Shown here in pieces: positions 11,700 through 20,094 of a DNA stretch of 64,000 nt. The translations under genes and the position numbers were made by a program. The stretch is from positions 620,001 to 684,000 of the forward strand of contig JAIVFI010000015.1 of the NCBI GenBank assembly GCA_025558095.1, in the 5' to 3' direction. The DNA is from Hyaloraphidium curvatum SAG 235-1 (lineage: Eukaryota > Fungi > Monoblepharomycota). Numbering within the stretch: position 1 is the stretch's first letter; every line of letters begins with the position of its first letter. The notes beneath the pieces were generated by a model that saw only the letters and a program-made list of their open reading frames with translations, had not been told where the DNA came from and made no database searches.

Positions 11700-13705
11700 A
11701 TGGCGGCTTCAAACGCGTCGGAAAGGACGCCCCTGCTGGCCGGTGGCCAATCCAACTCCGATTCCGCCGTTGCCGTGGACGTCGCGCCTGCGGGACCGGT
11801 GGCCGACGCCGTCGACCTTTCCCCCGCTGATTTGGCGGCCAAATGCCGCGTTTTGGAGCGGATTGTCGCGCGGGAAGTGCCGGCCACGATCGGCAAGCTC
11901 GATCGCAATTCCATCGATGTGCCGGACAGGGTCGTGCAGGAGGCATTCGATACCGCCGGACACGCCGCCGTTTTCTTGTGCCTCCAGGCCATGGAGAACT
12001 TCATCTCGCGTTCGGAGCACGACCTCCACTTCCGGGACTTACGGTTGAGCCGGGCGGCCTATGCTGAATCGCTTGCCATCGAGCTGGTCCACGTCTGGGA
12101 AGACCCCGAGGAGCTCTTTTGCCGCGTTCTGGCCCGCAAGTTCGTCGTGGACGCCGACTTTGGAAAGCGCGCGGTTCCGGACAGCACCTTGACGCGGGCA
12201 GCCCGGGCCAAGCCGCTCAGTGCCCTGGAAAAGGCCGTCCACTACCGGGCCCTGATGTTCCTCTCGGACGCCTTTGTTTCCGAGTGCCTCAGGTCGATCT
12301 GGTACGGTAGGCTGTACCTGCAGACGCCGTCGTCGCTCGTACCGCTCTACAAGAAGGTGGATTCGTCCAAGTTCGGTTTCGAAGCGCTGGGCGAGGAGAG
12401 GATGAAGATTCCCGCGTACGCGAGCGCGGGCGAGATCTCCATGTTCCTGCTCTTCCTCGGCGTCTTTACTTGGGTCGTCAACCACCGGACGGATGCCTTT
12501 ACGGCCATCGAAATCGTGATGTACATCTTTTCGTTGTCTTGTGAGTCGGTCTCGGCATCGTTTGGCCCTCCTCTGACCTCGCCCCGTCTGAAGATGGCCT
12601 GAACGAGCTTCGCCAACTGTGGACATCGGGCCTGGCCGATTACTTCCTTGACTTCTACAACATGTTCGACGCCGCAGCCGTCGCGTTCTTTGCCTTCTCG
12701 TTCACCTTCAGAATCTTCGCCATGAACGCCGAGGGCGAGGAACGTGACAACCTGAACGACTGGTCCTTTGACTTGCTCGCGGTCAACAGCATCTTCCTCT
12801 GGTCGCGGACGCTTTCCATCTTTGCCCAATACGAGTAAGTTCACGGCGAGCTACGAGCCGGAATCACGCTGAACGCCGCCTCGAAAAGGTTCTTTGGAAT
12901 CGCGATCCTGATCACCCGTCAGATGTTCAAGGACGCGGCGCTGTTCCTGCTCCTCTTCGCCGTCATGCTCGTCGGCTTTTCGCAGTCCTTCATCGGCCTC
13001 CGCCCCGACATCCCTTACACGAGCTCCGTCTACCTGCTCACCAAGGCGGTCATGGGATCCCCCGAGTACGGGGAGGCCGAGGAGTACTCCCCATACCTGG
13101 GTGGCGCGCTCATGGTCTTTTGGATGACCGTCTCGGGCCTGATCCTGCTCAACGTCCTGATCGCCATCTTCAACTCGTCCTACGCCGCCATCGTCGAGAG
13201 CGCCGGCGTCGAGTTCCTCTACACCTTTGCCGTGGCCGTCTGCGTCAACGTCTGGGGCTCCCCGGACGACTACTCCTTCTTCCCCCCCGCGAACCTCGTC
13301 GACATCCTCGTCGTGCAGCCCGCCAAGCTCCTCGGCATCCCCGGCGCCGACGCCCTCGAGAGCTTCTGCTGGAACCTCGTCACCCTCCCGCAGGCGCTCC
13401 TCGTCGCCACCTACGAGTCGTTCTGGTCGCGCGGGCCGCCCGCGCTGTGGGGGAAGGAACTTGTGCTCCGCGCGGGGGCGACGCCGGGGGCTGGGGAGAC
13501 GGACGAAGACCTGCACCTGGACGGGATGGAGGGGGATCTGCTGGGGCTCAACACGTCGGCGGAGCCGGAGAAGGAGGACGCGGTGGCGAAGCTGGGGAAC
13601 GAGGTGGCGGAGGTGAGAGAGCAGCTGGCGAGGATGGAGGGGCTGCTGAGGAAGCTGGCCGGGTCGGGCGGGTCGTCGGCCTCGATCGTGCCCAGCGGCG
13701 TTTGA
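11700..13705 (+). CDS. YVC1: Vacuolar TRP cation channel, Yvc1/TRPY1-like, 3 exons
   Basis: N-terminal ERTPLL dileucine sorting motif, SALEKAV…FLS…IWYG, RMKIPAY, six TM segments, ILLNVLIAIF, FFPPANL TRP-box region and a C-terminal coiled coil. Introns near 12541-12593 and 12835-12888. Confidence 0.85.
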
Positions 13706-13803
13706 CGGCTCCAAACGGGAAGGATCGGAAGCAATGTAATGTACCTCCGCACGCAAATGTACAACACGATCGCACGATCCGAACGACTCTCCCGACCCCG
13801 CGA

Positions 13804-15060
13804 TCAGTGACCGTTGGCCTTGGCCTGCGGCAGCGACCCCTTGGGGAAGGGGTTCGAGGAGAAGCCGGCCGTAGTCAGCAGCGCGCCGTCGATGATGTGC
13901 TCGGAGCCGGTCCTGGAGGTCGGATCGCGGTCACTTTGGTCAATATCCGCGCGGCAGGTAACCCACGTGAACGACGACTCGGTCGACGCGAGGTACAGGA
14001 TCAGGTTCGCCACCTCGATCGGCTCGCCCATTCGGCCCATGGGGTGTGCGTTGTTCCACCGGTACCGGATCTCCTCGACCGTGTCGGCGGGGAGGGCCGG
14101 ATTGTCGAAGATGCCGTCGAGAATGTTGGTAGGGAAGGCACCCGGCTGGAGGGAGCGTCAGCACGGGGTCGGGTAGAGAAAGGAAGGGGGGACCAACGTA
14201 CATGGACGGAGTTGCAGCGGATGTTCTTGTGCGCGAGGAAGAGGGCAGCGTGCTTGGTCATGCCGCGGACGGCCCACCTGGAGCGCAGCACGGCTGCGGT
14301 CAGCCGTTGTCCACCCGCCGGTGCCGACGTTGCCCGCAGACGCACTTTGTCGCGGTGTACCCGATCCCCGTCCCGCCGATGAACCCCGCCCCCGACGAGA
14401 TGTTGACGATCGATTTCCCCTCGGGGACCGGGTTCCGCTCCATGCTCCCGGCCCCGTGCTTGATCCCGAAGTATACGCCGTCCTGGTTGATCGAGCACAG
14501 CCGCCGCCAGTCGGCCGTGGGGTGCTTGGCGATGCTGGCCGCGCCGTCCTCGTGGGGCCGCATGTACTCGGAGTATTCGGCGCCGACCCCGGCGTTGTTC
14601 AGCAGAACGTCGAGGGGGCCGAAGGTGCGCTCGGCAAAGGCGATGGCTTCCTCCCACTGGGCTTCGTCGGTCACGTCCAGCGGGCACCCTGGAACCCGTT
14701 TCCGCGCCGAAGAAAGCCACGAGAAGAAGGATCAAGCGGAGCCGGGGCATTTCCCGGCCGGCGGAACCAGGCAGGGCGGACCGTCAGCGTGTCTCCCATC
14801 CCCGCGCACCATCGCCACCCACACGCCGCCTTGCCCCCCTCGGCCTCGATCTCGGCGACCACCTTCTTCCCGTTGGCCTCGAACGCCGCCAGGTCCGTGA
14901 CGACCACCCGAGCCCCGTGCCGGGCCATGAGCACCGCCGCGGTGTGCCCGAAACCCTTCGGGGACGCGCCGCCGGTCACGAAGACGACGCGGCCTTGGCT
15001 CGTCGAGGGGTTGAGCATGCGCGGGCCGGTGCCCGCGGGATGGGGGGTAAAGGAGGCCAT
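13804..15060 (-). CDS. SDR oxidoreductase (hydroxysteroid/cyclopentanol dehydrogenase-like), multi-exon
   Basis: VTGGASPKGFG, LNNAGV, NISSGAG, YTATK|WAVRGMTK, RCNSVH|PG, SSFT|GSEHIIDG. Confidence 0.9.
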
Positions 15061-15413
15061 TTCGCTCGTTCGCGGGCGGGAGATTGGAGGGGAAAGTGCT
15101 GTTTCGGCGGTGAGCGGGTAAAGCGGGGATCGGGGATCTTCCGGCCCTCGAACAGACAACGGGAGGAACCGGACCGCTTGTCCCACAAGAAGGACATTCG
15201 TAAAGTGAGCGGCAAGCTTAGCTGAGGCTGCTTCCACCCCTTGGATGGAGGGACTCGGGGCCGGGGTCTGCCAACTCCAGCGCCCCCGCCCTCAACAGAC
15301 TTTCCCAAACTCCAATATTCCGCCAGATGTATGCCACTCAGCAACAGCACCCGTCATCCCGTGGCCCAGCAACTCCTCCTCTTCCGGCTTTAGGTCCTTT
15401 CCTCCGCGTGCTT

Positions 15414-15809
15414 TCACGCCGCGACCTCCACGGTCACGTCCCACTTGACGGCGCTCCCCTCCAGTTCCCTCCCGCCGTTCTCGAACGCGTAGCGTCCCGC
15501 CAGCTTCCACGGCCGCGCCCGCGCGCGCACGGTGAACGGCGTGCCCTCGAAGCTGCCGTGCACCAGCGCGGGGCCGTCGGCGCCGGCGGGCACGCGCGGG
15601 AGCAGCGCGAGCAGGATGCGGAGGGCGTGGCGCTTCAGGCCGTCGGGGAGCGGGAAAGGGCGGTCGCCGCGGACGCCGGAGAGCGAGACGGGCACGACCT
15701 GGGAAGTGGGAGGGCGGGCGGAGGGGACGGGCGTCACCGCGGGTCGGGCAGCGGTGACGACCGGCGGCGTGCTCACCGCGTCGCCGAGGACGTACAGCGT
15801 CGGAGCCAT
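15414..15809 (-). CDS. Hypothetical 131-aa protein
   Basis: ATG-initiated ORF with GC3-rich codons lying between two genes. No family recognised. Confidence 0.5.
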   Translation of the reverse strand: MAPTLYVLGDAVSTPPVVTAARPAVTPVPSARPPTSQVVPVSLSGVRGDRPFPLPDGLKRHALRILLALLPRVPAGADGPALVHGSFEGTPFTVRARARPWKLAGRYAFENGGRELEGSAVKWDVTVEVAA

Positions 15810-15993
15810 GCTGCGGGCGTCCGATAAGGCCCGGCCGGGTCCGCGGCCCGCGTGCAGTCGGCTGTTTGGGCTCGATTTATCGGCGCAGAGGGCGATTCGG
15901 CCGATTCTGACTGCCTGCCTCTTAAACTTCAGACTTCGTCTGATCTATCAGTGCTCGCCCAATAAAGTGCATCCAAATCACCCGATACATGCT

Positions 15994-17106
15994 CTACTTG
16001 GTGACCGCAGCGGCGGCGTTGGTGACGGCGGCGGCGCCCTGGTTGGCCGCGTCGGCGACAACGGCAGCACCCTGGTTCGCCGCATTGGTCACAGACGCGA
16101 CGCCGTGGTTGGCCGCGTCCACGACCGCCCCCGCAGCCTGGTTCGCCGAGCCCGCCACCGCATCCGCGGCGTCGCCGACCGCCGCCGCGACCTTGGTCGC
16201 CTCCTCCGGCACCGCCTCGCTCGCCGCCCTCGCCGCCTCCTCGAGCCCCAGATCCTTGGCGACCTTGGTCCCCTGCAGCTCCGCCGCGTGGTACCCCGTG
16301 GTCTGCTGCAGCGCCTGCACGCTGGGCACCTCGAACTGCGGCGCCGAGCCTAGGACCTGGCCCTCGGCAGCCTGGCGCTGCATCAGCGCGACGGCCTCGG
16401 AGGCGGTGAGCGTGCCGGCGGTGGTCTGGTCGACCTGCCAGGAGGGGACGTCGACCTTGGCGTTGGGGTCGAGGCGTTCGCCCTGGTGGGGTGGTGGGGT
16501 GCGCGGGGGAGAGAGGGATCCGGCGTCCGTGATCGGGGGGAATCCGGCGTCCGTGGTCGGTTCGGATCCACGGCGATGGCAGGCACGGCAGCGCGGAACA
16601 GCGCGGAACAGATAGGGAGCGCAAAAGGAAGCGAAAGCGACCCGGTCAGCAACCGTCCGCGCCGTCCGGAAGGCGGCGACCCACGTATCCGTTGTACACC
16701 TCCAGCTTCGACTCGTCCACCTTGGGCTCGGGGCAGCAGCAGCAAACGTTCTTGCGGAACCACGCCTGCCTCTTCTTGTTGCCCCTGAGCCAGACGTACA
16801 GGCACCCGCCGATGACCGCGACGAGGCCGACGAAGATGATGGCGATGAGGATGCCGGCTGCGCGCGGAGGGCCGTCAGCCGGCCAGCCGTTTCCGGGCGC
16901 GGTTGAAACGAACCTCCGGCGCCGCCCTCGAGCTGCCGCCTGTGCAGCCGCACGAACTCCTGCACGTCCTCGTCCGTGAGCCACCGCGGCGCTGCAAAGC
17001 GTCAGCCCGCCCCGTCTCCCGGCCCGCGGGAGGAGGGCGACCTACCGGCCCGCGCGGACGGGAGCATCGTCAGCGACAGCGCGGCGAGGAGCGCGGCGGA
17101 CGCCAT
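15994..17106 (-). CDS. Small type I membrane protein with a CCCC juxtamembrane cluster and an Ala-rich 11-mer repeat tail, multi-exon
   Basis: Signal peptide MASAALLAALSLTMLPSARA, TM GILIAIIFVGLVAVIGGCLYVWL, then RGNKKR…NVCCCCP, and a C-terminal exon with AANQGAAVVAD-like repeats. Confidence 0.65.
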
Positions 17107-17417
17107 TTTAGGTTCGTTGGCGCTGGGGGACGTTTTGTGGCGGGGGTCGGGCATCGGTCAGCCAGCGCCGGAACCCGGGAAAGCGGTTTCTCCACCTCGC
17201 CACTTCCCCGTGCGCCGACGGTGGAAGGCCTCCTGCAGGCCATTCGGGCCACTGGATCGACAGGTTCCATGTACGGGACACAGGGCGGCGATCGATGGGA
17301 TCCGGTGCGGCTTCGTGCTGTCGGTTGGACAACGCCTCTGAGCCGCATAACGGGGACGCCGGATACTTTGATTGGTGCGGTACGAGATCGGCCTGCACAC
17401 GCTCACTTTCTAGAAGA

Positions 17418-17860
17418 CTAGCCCTTGGGTGTGCAGGTCTTGTTGTGCTCGGTCCACGCTGCGCGCTGGCATTCGGCTCCGCAGTACCTCGCCATGCCGC
17501 ACCGCCCGCAGCGCATCAGCTTGACTTTGCCGCCCTGGGACTTTCCGCATTGATCGCAGATATTCGCAGACATCGTGACGTTGAGGAAGGTGTCGCGGCG
17601 GACGAGGAAGCCCGGCGGTGCGTCCGCGGGCGCGACGCCGTATCCCGGAACGGCATGATCGCCTCGTAGAGCGAAGTCAGGTAGCGCCAGAGGTCGATGC
17701 AACTGCGCCACACTTCGGCACGCCGTGGTTCGGGCACCGCTTCCAGCAGCATGCGCGCCGCTTCGGCGGCCCGAGCGACGGCTCCCCGGTCGGACGACCA
17801 GGGCAGCAGTTCCCTCGCGCACCGCGGCCGCCAGATCCCCGGCTTCTCCGAGACCAGCAT
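17418..17860 (-). pseudogene. MYND zinc-finger gene, apparently frameshifted or fragmentary
   Basis: Intact MYND CDQC…RCGRCGMARYCGAECQRAAWTEHNKTC at the 3' end. The coding-like upstream part (ORF 17516-17860) is in another frame with no obvious intron near 17640. Confidence 0.6.
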
Positions 17861-17994
17861 GGGCAGGTGGGTGATGTGGACGCTCGTGCGGCGCAGCGCA
17901 TGTTCGGACTCGCCTGTTGGCTTGCATGGTCTCCACCGGTCCCTGCTCAGCCGCGTGCGCCTCTCAAACCATCACTTCGCCGGTCCTGCCCGAA

Positions 17995-20040
17995 ATGCAG
18001 GACATCCGGCGCTTCCTCTCCCCCGCCGGCAAGTGCCGGAGCGCATCGGAAGCCGGCCGTGCCAAGGTGCCGCGCGCCGGGTCCGCGGCGTCGCCGCCCG
18101 GCGCTGCCGTTGCGGGCGACGCTGGCGAGCAAGCACCGCACACGGAGGCTCTGCCGCGGCCCCCGAAGCGCGAAATGATCGTTCTGGACAGCGACGACGA
18201 TGACGCCGTGGCTATTGTCCGGGATGCGCCGCGCGCTTCGCCGGGCATCCCTCCGGCTCCGGCGGCAAATCTCGGCACCCTTATCTCGGACGAAGCAGAA
18301 TCGTCCAAGGATCTTGGATCAGACCCCGGCGTTGCAGCCGATGAGGGTGGAGGCAGGGCCGCCGGAAAAAAAGCGCAGTTTTCGTGCCAATGGGAAGGTT
18401 GCCACAAGGTCTTTGGCACTGCGAATTCCCGCACGCGTCATGCCAAGCAGGAACACAATAAGGAGCGCCCGTTTCGGTGCACGGAATGCGGCGATTTGTT
18501 CCCCAGATCTGAGAACCTCATGTTGCACTGGCGGACCCACACGGGCGAGCGTCCCTATGAGTGCGATTTCGAGGGCTGCGGAAAAAGCTTCACCACGTCT
18601 GGTGGCCTCGTCAAGCACGGGCGCATCCACTCTGGAGAGCGACCACACGTGTGCGATTTTGACGGCTGCGACAAGACATTCGCCGATTTAAGCAATCTTG
18701 TCACGCATAAGCGGAAGCACACTGGAGCGCGCCCCTATCAATGCGAAGCGGAAGGATGTGGGAAGCGCTTCAGACTGTCGGGTAAACTCGTCAACCACAG
18801 GCGGATCCATACAGGGCAACGTCCGTTTGCCTGTGACGTTGGCGGCTGCGGGAAGTCATTTGTTCAGTCAGGACACCTGATTACGCATCTTCGGTCGCAC
18901 ACCGGAGAGAAGCCGTACGAGTGTTACTTTGAGGGCTGCGGAAGAGCGTGTACCACATCTGGGAACCTTGTGGAACACATACGGACCCATACTGGAGAGC
19001 GCCCCCATGTGTGCACTTTTCAGGGCTGCAGCAAAGCATTCGCCAGCTCAGGCACCCTGAAGGTTCACTTGCGCTTTCACGCCAACGAGCGCCGTTTCGA
19101 CTGCCACTTCGAGGGCTGTGTCAAATCGTTCATTACCTCCAGCAACCTTGCCACCCACGTGCGGACCCACACTGGGGAGCGCCCTTACGTATGCCACTTT
19201 GAAGGGTGCGGCAAGGCATTCACTCAATCACGCGATGTCGCCGTGCACATGCGGACCCACACCGGGGAGCGTCCTTACGCATGCCATGTCGAAGATTGTG
19301 GCAAGGCATATGCTCAGTCTGGCGATCTTGGCAGACATCTGAAGAGCCACGAGCCTTGCCCTCACAAAACCCCGTCAATGTCGATGCTGAGGTGCCCGGA
19401 TCCCGAGAATCAAAATCCAGGTCACGGCAAAGCACTGTGCAAAGCGCTTGCAAAGAAGCTTCCCGGTCGCTCCGTGTCGGAGGTGCATGCCGTCGTGAGC
19501 TACTTGTTCGCGACCTTTGGAGACGACTGGATCCACGATCCCGAAGCCGCCGTGGATGCGTGCTATTGGGCGATGACAACTATCCTTGCGCATCCCCAAA
19601 CGACCAAGAATCTGCGCGTCGACGCCCACTTCGTCGACCCCGAAGGCCAGCTCATCATGCTCGAGTTCGACGGCGTCTACTTCCACTCACCCGACCGGAA
19701 GGCGCAGTCGGATGCCAACAAGACCGCGGTCATGGCCACCATGGGGAAGGTGGTCCGCATCCGCGACCTCGGCCTCGACGCCGTCGAGGTCGACGATTCG
19801 CTGGCCGACAACGTCTCGCAGGTCTTCCTCACCCAACCCTTCCGCGGCTTCGCCAACCTCCGCCGCGACGTCCTCCGCGTGCTCGCGACGGATCTGCAGC
19901 TCGGCCCCGGTGAGGTCGACGATGGGACCTGTAGGGCGCTGGGGACGATCGCGGACAGGGTGGTGATCCGTCTCGCGGGCCTGCAGCCGGAGGAGGAAGG
20001 CGCGCGGGACGGGGACATCAGGTCCTTCATGAGCAACTGA
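17995..20040 (+). CDS. 11x C2H2 zinc-finger array fused to a Vsr/DUF559-like PD-(D/E)xK endonuclease domain
   Basis: Eleven C-x2/4-C…H-x3/4-H fingers with TGERP-type linkers (18379-19350). C-terminal SVSE…LRVD…IMLEFDGVYFH…DANKT…KVVRIRD. Intronless. First in-frame ATG at 17995. Confidence 0.88.
   Translation: MQDIRRFLSPAGKCRSASEAGRAKVPRAGSAASPPGAAVAGDAGEQAPHTEALPRPPKREMIVLDSDDDDAVAIVRDAPRASPGIPPAPAANLGTLISDEAESSKDLGSDPGVAADEGGGRAAGKKAQFSCQWEGCHKVFGTANSRTRHAKQEHNKERPFRCTECGDLFPRSENLMLHWRTHTGERPYECDFEGCGKSFTTSGGLVKHGRIHSGERPHVCDFDGCDKTFADLSNLVTHKRKHTGARPYQCEAEGCGKRFRLSGKLVNHRRIHTGQRPFACDVGGCGKSFVQSGHLITHLRSHTGEKPYECYFEGCGRACTTSGNLVEHIRTHTGERPHVCTFQGCSKAFASSGTLKVHLRFHANERRFDCHFEGCVKSFITSSNLATHVRTHTGERPYVCHFEGCGKAFTQSRDVAVHMRTHTGERPYACHVEDCGKAYAQSGDLGRHLKSHEPCPHKTPSMSMLRCPDPENQNPGHGKALCKALAKKLPGRSVSEVHAVVSYLFATFGDDWIHDPEAAVDACYWAMTTILAHPQTTKNLRVDAHFVDPEGQLIMLEFDGVYFHSPDRKAQSDANKTAVMATMGKVVRIRDLGLDAVEVDDSLADNVSQVFLTQPFRGFANLRRDVLRVLATDLQLGPGEVDDGTCRALGTIADRVVIRLAGLQPEEEGARDGDIRSFMSN
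18379..19350 (+). repeat. Coding tandem repeat: C2H2 finger array (~84-90 bp units)
   Basis: Recurrent cggacccacac(t/c/g)gg(g/a/c)gagcg(t/c)cc linkers and (t/c)gagggctgc motifs. Confidence 0.9.
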
Positions 20041-20094
20041 ATCGCGCCGTCATCCCAGTCTAGTCGGAAAAGAACGCCCCAACTCACACGCGCC

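Noticed and set aside
16516-16570. 24-bp-period tandem duplication (atccggcgtccgtg(a/g)tcgg x2)
   Set aside because: A two-copy local duplication inside a probable intron, with no evidence of function.
17995-20040. R2-like non-LTR retrotransposon or DNA transposon as the explanation for ZF + nuclease
   Set aside because: No reverse transcriptase, transposase, poly(A) tail, terminal inverted repeats or target-site duplication is visible, and the flanking genes are within ~55-135 bp.
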